Assembly (NCBI GenBank): GCA_030688315.1
Contig: JAUYIT010000017.1
Span: forward strand, 68,845 to 127,838
DNA: 58,994 nt
Direction of reading: 5' to 3'
DNA from: Candidatus Komeilibacteria bacterium
Lineage (GTDB): Bacteria; Patescibacteriota; Patescibacteriia; UBA1558; UBA10009
Part shown: one piece after another, positions 1 through 9,684 of the stretch
Layout of the letters: every line of letters starts with the position of its first letter
Position numbering within the stretch: position 1 is the first letter of the stretch
Program-made: the position numbers and the translations under genes
Notes under the pieces: generated by a model
What the model was told of the DNA's origin: nothing
What the model saw: only the letters and a program-made list of their open reading frames with translations
Database searches by the model: none

Positions 1-212
1 TTTATTTTGGCATTGGCTGGATTGGACCGTGGTTTTCCTCGGTTTATTATCCCGGCTTGGGACTGTTGATTTTGGCCATTAATTTGGTAATCTGCTCTTA
101 CTTGGGCGAGGATAAGGTCGTGCTGATCCGCTGGCTGCTGTGGACCGCATTTTTGGCTCAATTTTTTATTTTATTAACCGTGATCACTCTTATTATTAAT
201 TACTTTAGCTAA
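1..212 (+). CDS. 3' end of a membrane protein gene (partial; start lies upstream of the window)
   Basis: Frame 3 is open from the window edge to TAA at 210-212. Translation ...GIGWIGPWFSSVYYPGLGLLILAINLVICSYLGEDKVVLIRWLLWTAFLAQFFILLTVITLIINYFS is helix-like and hydrophobic. No family recognised. Confidence 0.4.
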   Translation, partial: YFGIGWIGPWFSSVYYPGLGLLILAINLVICSYLGEDKVVLIRWLLWTAFLAQFFILLTVITLIINYFS

Positions 213-217
213 TAATT

Positions 218-1285
218 ATGTCCGCCAATTTTGAAGTTATCAAGATATTTTTACTCACCACCTTTTCCTTTATTCTGGCCTTGTCCTTAACGCCGTTGTT
301 GACGAATTTTTTATACAAAAACAAGATCGGCAAGCAAATCCGCAATGGCGCCGATACGCCGATCTTTTCCGGTCTGCATCAAAAAAAAGCCGGCACTCCC
401 ACCATGGGCGGAATAATTATCTGGTTGAGCGTGTTGGTTTTGGCCGTCTTATTTTTTTATTTCAAAGAATTTTTTCCCAACAGCATTTTGGCAAAATTGA
501 ATTTTTTAACCAGAGCCGAAACTTTGCTACCCTTGGGCGCGCTGATTGCCTCGGCCTTGGTTGGTTTGCTGGATGACTGGTTGGGCGTTAAGGGTATTGG
601 CCCCAATGGCGGCGGCTTAAGAGTTAGTCAAAAAGTTTTAGTTTACCTGGTGATCGCGATTATTGGAGCGTTATGGTTTTATTTTAAACTGGATTGGGAT
701 GTTTTGCACATTCCGTTTTTTGGCGATTTTTCCATTGGTTGGTGGTATATTCCTATTTTTATCTTTATCATCGTGGCAACCTCTTTTGCCGTCAATCAAA
801 CCGACGGGTTGGATGGCCTAGCCGGCGGAGTGTTGCTGACTTCCTTTGGTTCGTTAGGAGCCATTGCTTTTATCCAGGGCCGCTTTGATTTAGCTGCCTT
901 TTGCGGCCTGATTGTGGGTGCCTTGCTGGCCTTTTTGTGGTTTAATATTAATCCGGCCAGGTTTTTTATGGGTGATACCGGGGCGATGTCATTGGGGATT
1001 ACTTTGGGCATTGTGGCTATGCTGACCAATACGGCTTTGTTTTTACCTATTATCAGCTTAATTTTAGTGATTGAGTCGCTATCAACTATAATTCAGCAAT
1101 TGTCCAAAAAGTTAAGAAAAGGCAAAAAAGTTTTCTTATCATCGCCAATTCACCATCATTTTGAAGCCCTTGGCTGGTCCGAGCCAAAAATTGTGATGAG
1201 GTTTTGGGTTATTTCCGGCGTTACGGCCGTGGTTGGTCTGGTCTTGTTTTTATTAGATAGGGGATTAGGTAAAATCATTAATTAA
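218..1285 (+). CDS. mraY: phospho-N-acetylmuramoyl-pentapeptide transferase MraY
   Basis: Polytopic membrane protein with NQTDGLDGLAGG and FMGDTGAMSLG motifs of the MraY/WecA family. First gene of a dcw-type cluster. Confidence 0.95.
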   Translation: MSANFEVIKIFLLTTFSFILALSLTPLLTNFLYKNKIGKQIRNGADTPIFSGLHQKKAGTPTMGGIIIWLSVLVLAVLFFYFKEFFPNSILAKLNFLTRAETLLPLGALIASALVGLLDDWLGVKGIGPNGGGLRVSQKVLVYLVIAIIGALWFYFKLDWDVLHIPFFGDFSIGWWYIPIFIFIIVATSFAVNQTDGLDGLAGGVLLTSFGSLGAIAFIQGRFDLAAFCGLIVGALLAFLWFNINPARFFMGDTGAMSLGITLGIVAMLTNTALFLPIISLILVIESLSTIIQQLSKKLRKGKKVFLSSPIHHHFEALGWSEPKIVMRFWVISGVTAVVGLVLFLLDRGLGKIIN

Positions 1286-1289
1286 ATTA

Positions 1290-2666
1290 ATGATGGATTT
1301 AGATAAATTAAAAAGGTCAGAAGTGCACGTGGTTGGGATTAGCGGAGCCGAAGGCAGCAGCTTAGCTCTGTTTTTATCGGGCATGGGCGTTACCAATCTA
1401 ATTGGCCATGATTTTAAGAGCCCTGCTGATTTTAAGAAGAGTTTTTTCGCGTATCACGATAACTTCAGTTTGGCGCAAAAAAATCGTTTGTTTAGCAAAT
1501 TACTACGGTCATTCAAAAAAATTCATTTTAGAAACACTTATTTATCAAACGTTGATCGCGCCGATTATATTTTCGCGCCGTCTTCGTGGTTTAGATATCC
1601 GGAAAATAAAGCGTTGGCGCCTTATAAATTACTGGGTTGGTATAATTTACTGCTGGAATTTTTTGCGGGCACCATGATCGGGGTTACCGGCACGGCTGGC
1701 AAAGGCACGGTCACCAATTTAATTTATCAAATTCTACGTCAGCAAAAAAAGAAAAAAGTTTTTTTAATAGGTGATAGCTGGCATTACAGTGATTTAACTA
1801 AAATAATCAAAGCGGGTAAGCAGGCAATCGCGGTGGCGGAAGTAAATAATCGGGTTCTGACTTTTGCGCGCCACAGCCAAAAATCGCCTAAAATTTGCGT
1901 GCTGACCAATATTTTAGGCCATCACCTGGACGATCACGGCAATTCTTTTAGCCGTTATAAAAAAGTTAAGCTGGAGCTGGCCCGCTATCAAAAGCCGGGC
2001 GATATTTTTTTGGTCAACGCCGATGATTTGGAACTGAAAAAAATCAACTGGCCAAAACGAACAAAATTTTATTCACTAAAAAATTCCGTCAAACTCAAGC
2101 TGACTAATCCTTATTTTAATAATGAACATTTGTTAAGCGACGCGGTTGTGGCGGCTAAAGTGGGTAAAATTTTTAAAATTACCGATTCAACCATTACTAA
2201 GGTTTTTAATAAATTCAAGCCGCGGATAGGGCGTTTTGAACCCATCAGAAAATATCGTGGCGTAACCTTTATTAACGATTCGGCGGCCTCTAGGCCCGAA
2301 GCGACTCTGTTCGCTCTTAAGGCCTGCGTGCCTGGCACAACCATTCTTATTTTACAGGGTTATAGAAAGGATCCTCAAAAAATAAAAAGTAAATATCTGC
2401 GTCTGGTTGAGGTTATTAAACAAACTAAGGTAAAGCAGATTTATATCAGCGGCCAGATTAGTGATTATCTTTTGCCTTTGATTAAAATGAGTTTTCCCAA
2501 CATCGCTCAAACTAAAAATCTGGCCGAATCGGTTAAGTTGGCCTGGAAAAAATCCGCCAGCGGCGACGTTATTTTATTATCGCCGGCCAATGAAAGTTTT
2601 GGTGAATTTAGCGATTACCGCGCTAGAGGCGACAAGTTCGTCAAACTAGTCAAAAAAATAACATGA
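1290..2666 (+). CDS. murD: UDP-N-acetylmuramoylalanine--D-glutamate ligase MurD (divergent)
   Basis: Mur ligase P-loop GVTGTAGKGT, INDSAAS and C-terminal LLSPANESFGEFSDYRARGDKF (MurD-like). Canonical position between mraY and ftsW. ATGA overlap with ftsW. Confidence 0.85.
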   Translation: MMDLDKLKRSEVHVVGISGAEGSSLALFLSGMGVTNLIGHDFKSPADFKKSFFAYHDNFSLAQKNRLFSKLLRSFKKIHFRNTYLSNVDRADYIFAPSSWFRYPENKALAPYKLLGWYNLLLEFFAGTMIGVTGTAGKGTVTNLIYQILRQQKKKKVFLIGDSWHYSDLTKIIKAGKQAIAVAEVNNRVLTFARHSQKSPKICVLTNILGHHLDDHGNSFSRYKKVKLELARYQKPGDIFLVNADDLELKKINWPKRTKFYSLKNSVKLKLTNPYFNNEHLLSDAVVAAKVGKIFKITDSTITKVFNKFKPRIGRFEPIRKYRGVTFINDSAASRPEATLFALKACVPGTTILILQGYRKDPQKIKSKYLRLVEVIKQTKVKQIYISGQISDYLLPLIKMSFPNIAQTKNLAESVKLAWKKSASGDVILLSPANESFGEFSDYRARGDKFVKLVKKIT

Positions 2667-3835
2667 GAAAAAAAATAAACATTTTGGGTTGGCTGAAAAA
2701 TATTGCCGTCAGTCCGTTTACCTACGCGCGCGAGCATCATCAGCCCGATTTTATTTTAATCGGCGCTTTGGGCATGATTATCGTGTTCGGCCTAATGATG
2801 TTATCTTCGGCCAGCTCGGTGGAGGCCTATCAAAAGTTCGGCGACAGCTACTATTTTTTTAAGCATCAGCTGACTAACGGTTTTTTGCCGGGTTTGGTGG
2901 CTTTTTTTATTGCCGCCCAGTTTGATTACCGTAATTACAGAAAACTGGCGTTTTGGGCCATGTTGGGCTCGGTCGGATTGCTGTTGCTGGTGTTGATTCC
3001 GGGCATTGGTTTTAGCTACGGCAAGGAAGCGCAATCCTGGATCAATCTGGGTTTGTTCAGTTTTCAGCCCACCGAAGTTGTTAAGCTGGCTTTTTTGATT
3101 TATCTGGCCGCTTGGCTGGAAAAAAAAGGCGAACACGCGGTTAAGGATTTTCAATACGGCTTTTTGCCCTTTATTTTTTCCCTGGGTTTGATTGTAATGC
3201 TGGTTATGGCTCAACCGGATTTGGGCACCTTGTTGATTATCGTAGCCATCAGTTTGATTGTTTATTTTGTGGCCGGCGGCGCGGGCAAGCATATCGCCAT
3301 GGTCATTTTGGGCGGCTTATTGCTGGTATTTATTGCCGTGCAAATCGCGCCTTACCGCATGGGCCGCTTAACCGCTTTTTTTAATCCGGGCATTGACCAG
3401 CAGGGCATTGGTTATCATATTAATCAAGCAAAAATCGCGGTCGGTTCCGGTGGTATTTTGGGCTTGGGCATTGGCAAATCGCGCCAAAAATTCAACTATT
3501 TGCCCGAAGTTTACGGCGATTCCATTTTTGCCATTATTGCCGAAGAAATGGGCTTTATTTTCTGCATCATTCTTTTATTGTTATATCTAACGGTGGGCAT
3601 TAGGGGTTTTAAAATTTCGCGCGCTTCCCCGGATGATTTTGGTAAATTTTTATCATTGGGCATTGCTTCATGGATTTGCGTGCAGGCGTTTATTAATATT
3701 TCCACCATGATCGGCTTATTTCCCTTAACCGGTATTCCTTTGCCGTTTATTTCTTACGGCGGCACTTCATTAGTGGTGTTGTTTTTCGCCGCCGGTATTT
3801 TAGTTAATATTTCTAAACAAACTAGAAAAATTTAA
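2663..3835 (+). CDS. ftsW: SEDS-family peptidoglycan polymerase / cell division protein FtsW
   Basis: About 10 TM helices. Motifs QPTEVVKLAFLIYLAAWL, QPDLGT and GLGIGKSRQKFNYLPEVYGDSIFAIIAEEMGF are typical of FtsW/RodA. dcw synteny. Confidence 0.9.
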   Translation: MRKKINILGWLKNIAVSPFTYAREHHQPDFILIGALGMIIVFGLMMLSSASSVEAYQKFGDSYYFFKHQLTNGFLPGLVAFFIAAQFDYRNYRKLAFWAMLGSVGLLLLVLIPGIGFSYGKEAQSWINLGLFSFQPTEVVKLAFLIYLAAWLEKKGEHAVKDFQYGFLPFIFSLGLIVMLVMAQPDLGTLLIIVAISLIVYFVAGGAGKHIAMVILGGLLLVFIAVQIAPYRMGRLTAFFNPGIDQQGIGYHINQAKIAVGSGGILGLGIGKSRQKFNYLPEVYGDSIFAIIAEEMGFIFCIILLLLYLTVGIRGFKISRASPDDFGKFLSLGIASWICVQAFINISTMIGLFPLTGIPLPFISYGGTSLVVLFFAAGILVNISKQTRKI

Positions 3836-4891
3836 ATGAATTCGCCTCTTAAAATAATTTTAACCGGCGGCGGTACGCTGGGTTCGGTTAGTCCGCTGAT
3901 TGCCGTCTGGCAGGAATTGGCCAGTCAAAACATCAGCGTAGAGGCCTTGTTGGTCGGTACTTCCTTTGGCCCGGAAAAAAAGTTTTTACAGCAATATCCG
4001 GCCATAAAATTCGCGGCTATTCCGCAAGCTAAGTTGCGCCGTTATTTTAGTTTGTTGAATTTACTCACGCCCTTACTTTTGGTGGCTGCGTTGATAAAAT
4101 CGTTTTTTATTTTGCATAATTTTAAGCCAGATTTAATTATTTCCGCCGGCGGTTTTACCGGCGTGCCCATAATCTGGCTAGGAAAGATGTTCGGCTATAA
4201 AATAATTATTCATCAGTTGGATCTTCAACCCACTTTAAGTAATAAGCTAACTCAAAGTCAGGCCGATTTAATTACCGTCACTTTTGATAAATCCTTAAAT
4301 GATTTTCCGAAAAAGAAAACCGTAGTCATTGGGCCTTTGTTAAGGCAAGAAGCGGTGCTGGAAAAACATCATATTGCGGACAGCAAAAAAACGCTTTTGG
4401 TTTTGGGCGGCGGAACGGGTGCTTTATCTTTAAATAAACTGATTGTTGAGGCCTTACCTTTGCTTAATAAGGATATTAACGTTTTTCAGGTGACCGGTCA
4501 GGGTAAAAAGGTGCTTGAGGGTGATTTACCCAATTATCGTCAGGTTGAGTTTTTGACTACGGATTATTATCAAAAAATCTCTCAAGCCGATCTAGTTTTA
4601 TCTCGAGCCGGCCTATCAACGCTGTTGGAACTGTCCTATTTTGCCAAACCGGTTATAATTGTGGCCTTGCCTAACAGCCATCAGGAAGTTAACGCCGGGT
4701 ATTATGAAGTAAACAAAGCGGCCATAAATTTAAAACAAACTGCTCTGACTCCGCCTATGTTAGCCGAAAAAATTAATGAACTGTTTAACAATCAAACGGC
4801 CTTGAAAGAATTAGCTAATAATATTAAGATGATAGCTCCGGCAAACGGCGCGGCTAAGATGGTCCGCGAGATTTTGAAGCTTACTGAATAA
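3836..4891 (+). CDS. murG: UDP-GlcNAc:lipid I N-acetylglucosaminyltransferase MurG
   Basis: N-terminal GGGTLGSVSPLIAV and second glycine loop LGGGTGALSLN (GT28 pattern). dcw synteny. Confidence 0.9.
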   Translation: MNSPLKIILTGGGTLGSVSPLIAVWQELASQNISVEALLVGTSFGPEKKFLQQYPAIKFAAIPQAKLRRYFSLLNLLTPLLLVAALIKSFFILHNFKPDLIISAGGFTGVPIIWLGKMFGYKIIIHQLDLQPTLSNKLTQSQADLITVTFDKSLNDFPKKKTVVIGPLLRQEAVLEKHHIADSKKTLLVLGGGTGALSLNKLIVEALPLLNKDINVFQVTGQGKKVLEGDLPNYRQVEFLTTDYYQKISQADLVLSRAGLSTLLELSYFAKPVIIVALPNSHQEVNAGYYEVNKAAINLKQTALTPPMLAEKINELFNNQTALKELANNIKMIAPANGAAKMVREILKLTE

Positions 4892-4896
4892 TTTGT

Positions 4897-6273
4897 ATGG
4901 ATTTTTCTAAGATCAATAAAGTTCACGTGATTGGCATTGGCGGCATCGGCGTTTCGGCCGTGGCTAAGATTTTTTTGGAACAAGGAAAAGCCGTGACCGG
5001 TTCTGATGTCAGTTCTAGCGAACTGACGCAAAATTTGGAAAAAAGGGGAGTCAAAATTTATTATAATCATGAAGCTTCAAATTTAGCCGAGGATGTGGAT
5101 TTGCTGGTTTATTCACCTGCAGTGCCGGAAAACAATCCAGAACGGCAAAAGGCGGCCGAATTAAATATTCAACAAAAAAGCTATCCGGAATTTTTAGGCG
5201 TTTATTCCCATGATAAAAAAACCATTGCCGTATCCGGTACTAACGGTAAATCTACCACCACAGCCATGCTGGGTAAAATTTTTATTGCCGCCGGACTGGA
5301 TCCTACTATTATTGTGGGCACTCAAGTGGCTGGGTTTGACGGTAATTTTAGGCACGGCAATTCTGATATTCTCATCGTGGAGGCGTGCGAGTGGAAAGGT
5401 CATATGCTAAATTTATTGCCACAGACCATTGTTTTAACCAATTTGGAACCGGATCATTTGGATTTTTATAAAAATCTAGATGAACTTAAGCATTATTTTC
5501 AAAAATACATCAATAATCTGCCGGTAGCGGAAGGTAAGTTGATTTATAATGCCGATGACACTAGCTTAAAATCATTAATCAAAAACAAGGGCTACGCGGT
5601 TAAAAGCTGGTCAGTTAATTTTGAAGACGGGGATTATCGGGCTACTGATATTGCTTTTAAAAAACAAAAAATCGATTTTAAGGTTAATGGGCATTTGTTG
5701 AGTTTAAAGGTTCCTGGTACTTTTAATATTTATAACGCCCTGGCCGCGGCCGCCTGCGCCCGGGAATTTAAAATTGACTGGAAAATAATTAAACAATCAT
5801 TGGCGGAATTTTCCGGATCATGGCGAAGGTTTGAAAAAATCGGACCGGTTAAAGGCAAAAAAAATACTCTGGTTATTTCCGATTACGCTCATCATCCCAC
5901 CGCCCTCAAAGGTACTCTTAAAGCGGCCAAGGATTTTTATCCCGATAAACGTTTGGTGGTGGCTTTTCAACCGCATCATTTTGATCGCACCGCCAAACTG
6001 TTTGACGATTTTGCCAAAAGTTTTGCTTGGGCCGATGTGTTGGTAATCTGTCAGGTTTATGATGTGGCCGGCCGCGAAGCCGACGGCCAACGCACCATTG
6101 GCAGTCAACAGTTGGTTAACGCTATTCAAAAACTGAATCCTTTAAAAGAAATTTATTACGCGCCCGATTTGGAGCAAACCGAAAAAATGCTGCGCGAAAA
6201 AATCCAACCCAATGATTTAATCCTCATTGTCGGGGCAGGGGATATTGATAACATTGCCAGAAATCTGGTTTAA
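4897..6273 (+). CDS. murC: UDP-N-acetylmuramate--L-alanine ligase MurC
   Basis: HVIGIGGIGVSAVAKIF N-terminus, P-loop SGTNGKSTTTAM, DYAHHPT motif. Confidence 0.92.
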   Translation: MDFSKINKVHVIGIGGIGVSAVAKIFLEQGKAVTGSDVSSSELTQNLEKRGVKIYYNHEASNLAEDVDLLVYSPAVPENNPERQKAAELNIQQKSYPEFLGVYSHDKKTIAVSGTNGKSTTTAMLGKIFIAAGLDPTIIVGTQVAGFDGNFRHGNSDILIVEACEWKGHMLNLLPQTIVLTNLEPDHLDFYKNLDELKHYFQKYINNLPVAEGKLIYNADDTSLKSLIKNKGYAVKSWSVNFEDGDYRATDIAFKKQKIDFKVNGHLLSLKVPGTFNIYNALAAAACAREFKIDWKIIKQSLAEFSGSWRRFEKIGPVKGKKNTLVISDYAHHPTALKGTLKAAKDFYPDKRLVVAFQPHHFDRTAKLFDDFAKSFAWADVLVICQVYDVAGREADGQRTIGSQQLVNAIQKLNPLKEIYYAPDLEQTEKMLREKIQPNDLILIVGAGDIDNIARNLV

Positions 6274-6298
6274 AAAAAGACACCTCTGATGAGATGTC
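6272..6298 (-). terminator. putative intrinsic terminator for the minus-strand lipoprotein gene
   Basis: Imperfect hairpin GACACCTC-TGAT-GAGATGTC (6279-6298). It is flanked on the plus strand by an A-run at 6272-6278, which is a U-run for the minus-strand transcript. Sits between convergent murC and the lipoprotein gene. Confidence 0.4.
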
Positions 6299-6303
6299 AT
6301 TGA

Positions 6304-7167
6304 TTATCGTTGGATGAGCGGTTGAAGGTTCAAACCATTACTAGCATCGTAAAGAGAAGATCTTACGCCAGCGTTAAGCGTAATCAGGTCTAATTCACGA
6401 TGGCCATTGCCAATAACTATTACACCATGGTGCAAGTTTTTGGTTTTAAGCATCGTGAACGTTTTAGCGAAAGCAAGTTCGCCTCGGACGCATTGAATAC
6501 TGATACAGAGATTAATCAGCGATCTATCTTGAGACACAGCAAGCAATGCCTGAGAATGCAGGGAATGCAGACTTGGATCTTCGAAGCCCATATTTAAACC
6601 AGGACTGTCTTTCAAATATATTGTCTTTGCTTCTATTCCTGTATCGTTAGACACTTCTATTTGATCGGTTGGAATACCCAAGGATCGAAGCGCGCTTATC
6701 CCAATGTCTGAAAGGCCAGTCCTTGAATAGGCTAGCGATGAATAGTCTGTAAGACCCTCTTCAACGCCTTCCCAAGAAACAAGTTCCGGTTTTAATCCTT
6801 GAAGGATTTTTACAACCAGAAGTTGAGCTTGATTTACCCATTCGATTTGTTCTTTTGTCGCTCCTTTAAATGAGTGGGTTTGATAGATGACATCCACTCG
6901 ATATCCCGAATTTGCCTGTGAGTAGGCTTTGCTTATTATTAAGCTGTATTCGGGTAATTTGTCGAACACTTCGCGAGCGATCGGGCCAAAACGTTCATCG
7001 GTGAAATATTTTGGCAAGTGGTGTTTTAGGGAATCAACAGCTATTGATTTTTCGCTCTTGATGAAGCCACGTTCCTCGGCCTGGACTTCCCAAAATTTGT
7101 AAGATGCTACTTTGCTGCAACCAGCAAGAAAGATGGTTGCGATGATGATGAGAATGTAAAGGTGCAT
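6304..7167 (-). CDS. hypothetical lipoprotein
   Basis: 287-aa ORF. N-terminus MHLYILIIIATIFLAGCSK has a lipobox-like LAGC. No catalytic family recognised. Confidence 0.6.
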   Translation of the reverse strand: MHLYILIIIATIFLAGCSKVASYKFWEVQAEERGFIKSEKSIAVDSLKHHLPKYFTDERFGPIAREVFDKLPEYSLIISKAYSQANSGYRVDVIYQTHSFKGATKEQIEWVNQAQLLVVKILQGLKPELVSWEGVEEGLTDYSSLAYSRTGLSDIGISALRSLGIPTDQIEVSNDTGIEAKTIYLKDSPGLNMGFEDPSLHSLHSQALLAVSQDRSLINLCISIQCVRGELAFAKTFTMLKTKNLHHGVIVIGNGHRELDLITLNAGVRSSLYDASNGLNLQPLIQR

Positions 7168-7238
7168 TACTGCTCCTATGGGTTTGTGTTTTTGTTTGAA
7201 TTAAGTTAAGATAACATAAATAATTAATTCTGTCAATC

Positions 7239-8198
7239 ATGTTGGAAGAACTAAAAAAATTAAGCCTGGTAGTTAGAGAAAATGAGCCATTAAAGAATCA
7301 TACTACTTTTCAAATTGGCGGACCGGCCAAGATTTATTTGGAAGTAAGTGAGCCGGCAAAACTGGTAGAATGCCTTAAAGTCATTAAAGCCGCGGATATG
7401 AACTATATGCTGTTGGGCGGCGGCAGTAATTTAGTGGTCAGCGATGCCGGTTTTAACGGCGCTGTAATAAAAATCAAACCCCGCGAACTGAAAATCAATG
7501 ACGAACAAGTCAAAGTTGACTCCGGTTATTCATTGGCCGGCTTGATTATGAAAACTTTGGACTCAAGTCTGACTGGTTTGGAATTTGAAGCCGGCGTACC
7601 CGGCACAGTGGGCGGCGCCATTAAAGGCAATGCCGGCACTTACGGCGAAGCCATGGATAAGATCGTTAAGTCTATAGAATATCTTGATGATGATTTGAAT
7701 ATTAAAACAATTGAAAATAATGATTGCCACTTTACCTATCGCCATAGTATTTTTAAAGAGCATGACACTTGGTTGATTCTGTCTTCAATTTTACAACTGG
7801 CCAAAGGGGATACTAAGTCCAGCCGTGATTTAATCGATCAACGTATTAAATACAGAATGGACAGCCAGCCCTATGGTTGCCCCAGCGCCGGTTGTACATT
7901 CAAAAACATAATCTATACCGATGAAATCGCTCAACAACTTAAAAAACTGGATTGGGAAATTTCGCCCAAATTCAAGGAATATAAAAAAATACCCGCGGCT
8001 TGGGTAATTGAAAACCTAGGGCTTAAGGGTAAAACCATCGGCAAAGCGCAGGTTTCAGAAAAACACGCGAACTATATCATCAATTTGGGCGGCGCTAAGG
8101 CCGATGAAGTGATTCAACTGGTCAGTTTAATCAAACAACAGGTGCGGGATAAAGTCGGAATTCAGCTGGAAGAAGAAATCAGGTACGTAGGCTTTTAA
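7239..8198 (+). CDS. murB: UDP-N-acetylenolpyruvoylglucosamine reductase MurB
   Basis: FAD-binding N-terminus (TTFQIGGPAK, LGGGSNLVV), PSAGCTFKN and C-terminal LEEEIRYVG are typical of MurB. Confidence 0.9.
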   Translation: MLEELKKLSLVVRENEPLKNHTTFQIGGPAKIYLEVSEPAKLVECLKVIKAADMNYMLLGGGSNLVVSDAGFNGAVIKIKPRELKINDEQVKVDSGYSLAGLIMKTLDSSLTGLEFEAGVPGTVGGAIKGNAGTYGEAMDKIVKSIEYLDDDLNIKTIENNDCHFTYRHSIFKEHDTWLILSSILQLAKGDTKSSRDLIDQRIKYRMDSQPYGCPSAGCTFKNIIYTDEIAQQLKKLDWEISPKFKEYKKIPAAWVIENLGLKGKTIGKAQVSEKHANYIINLGGAKADEVIQLVSLIKQQVRDKVGIQLEEEIRYVGF

Positions 8199-9199
8199 AT
8201 GTCGTCAAAGTAGGCAGAGGTGGATTCGCCGTGGGTGATGGATTTTATCACGTCCGAAACAAAAGGCGAAACATCCAAAACTTTGAATTTATCTGGACCA
8301 AAATCCAGATATTTTTGTTCTATGGCGTTGGAATTGGTGGTGGTAAAGCGAGTAAGTAAACCTTTGTCAAAAAGTTCTTTTAAGTTGGCGTAAGTTCCGG
8401 AAGTTGGGTCAAAATGAGGAGCGGCGGCGTAAACTTCCTTGGCGCCCTTTTCCTTGAGCGAAATAACCGCGCCTTTGATTGTATTTAGACTCAAAGCCAT
8501 ATCATCAAACAAACAAATCTTGTCGGCCAAAATTTCGCCGTACATTTGCTGGAAGTTGACCTTACTGTCTTGGGACTTATGGTCATGGTCTTTGGAAGCG
8601 ATAATATAGGGCTTGCCGGTTTGCAAAAACTGTTCCACTTTGCGGGCTCGCTTGGTTGAGCCATCGTCAGTCGCGGCAATCTGGCCGATGCCGGTTTTAC
8701 GGGCATCATCGATAAGCATCCGCAAAAAGTAAAACCTTCTTCTTCTGATAGGATAAAAAAATTCCACGTGGCTTGATTGGTGCAGGTCAAAAAAGTTGAC
8801 GGACTTGGGGTTCAATCTGGCCAAACGGTGAGCGATCCAGGTAATAGTAGGCACATGTCCGGGATTATGAGAAACGTCGTCTTTGGTGCAAAACCAGGTT
8901 AAAATAATATGAATTTCCGAGGCGCTGGCGCAGGCGTCGGCCATTAGTTCCAGTTCTTCAACCGGCGAACCAATGCCGTCGTACTTTAAGCTGGTGATGA
9001 TAAAAGCTTTTTTATGCAAAAAAGTGATGTCATCCGGCCTAACACAGCGCGGATAACCGTTGCCCCAGGGCTTGGTGTCTATAAAAATAGGCTCTTTGCC
9101 TAAATTGTTGGCGATTTTTGTAACCAGCTCGGGATTAACCCGTCCGGAAACAATTTCAAACCCATTGCCATTGGCTTCATTTTTTTCTTTCATGAACAT
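8195..9199 (-). CDS. ribose-phosphate pyrophosphokinase-like (PRTase-fold) protein, divergent
   Basis: By-eye similarity to Prs: FDLHQ (cf. DLHAxQ), ATDDGSTKRARK (cf. SPDxGGxxRA), LFDDMALSLNTIKGAVISLKEKGAKEVYAAAPH (cf. DDmiDTgGT...GA..V...TH). Its stop overlaps the murB stop (TTTAAA). Confidence 0.55.
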   Translation of the reverse strand: MFMKEKNEANGNGFEIVSGRVNPELVTKIANNLGKEPIFIDTKPWGNGYPRCVRPDDITFLHKKAFIITSLKYDGIGSPVEELELMADACASASEIHIILTWFCTKDDVSHNPGHVPTITWIAHRLARLNPKSVNFFDLHQSSHVEFFYPIRRRRFYFLRMLIDDARKTGIGQIAATDDGSTKRARKVEQFLQTGKPYIIASKDHDHKSQDSKVNFQQMYGEILADKICLFDDMALSLNTIKGAVISLKEKGAKEVYAAAPHFDPTSGTYANLKELFDKGLLTRFTTTNSNAIEQKYLDFGPDKFKVLDVSPFVSDVIKSITHGESTSAYFDDI

Positions 9200-9348
9200 A
9201 TTATCGGCGTTTTACGGTAAATTGTCAAAGTGGATAAAATCTGATAAGATTCAAGTGTAATCCGTTCTACATATATGAGTACATATAAACTCCTCGGCTC
9301 GGATATACAAAAGCAAGGCTTTTGTATATTCCTCGCTCTACGTCGTTT

Positions 9349-9684
9349 ATGAAATATCAAATCTACGCCAAAAACTTGGAAATAACTCCGGTTTTATCCA
9401 GCTATCTTGATAAAAAGTTAGTTAAACTGGATAAATTTTCAGGCAATGTGCTTAAGCTGGAAATTGAATTAAGCCGTGATAGCAGGCACCAGACCGGCCC
9501 GGTGTTTAGAGCGGAGTTCAATTTAAGCATTCCTAAAAAGCTGGTCAGGGTGGTGGAAAACGATTTTAGCATCAATTCCGCCATTGATAAAGCAATTGAA
9601 CAGTTAGCCAGACAACTTGATAAAATCAAGGATAAAAATTTAAATCGCAAAAAATCCGATAAATATAATGTCAATTTTAAGTAA
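9349..9684 (+). CDS. hpf: ribosome hibernation promoting factor / RaiA family
   Basis: MKYQIYAKNLEITPVLSSYLDKKLVKLDKF... is a typical HPF/YfiA N-terminus. I prefer ATG at 9349 over the track's TTG at 9322. hpf-secA adjacency is also known in Firmicutes. Confidence 0.8.
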   Translation: MKYQIYAKNLEITPVLSSYLDKKLVKLDKFSGNVLKLEIELSRDSRHQTGPVFRAEFNLSIPKKLVRVVENDFSINSAIDKAIEQLARQLDKIKDKNLNRKKSDKYNVNFK

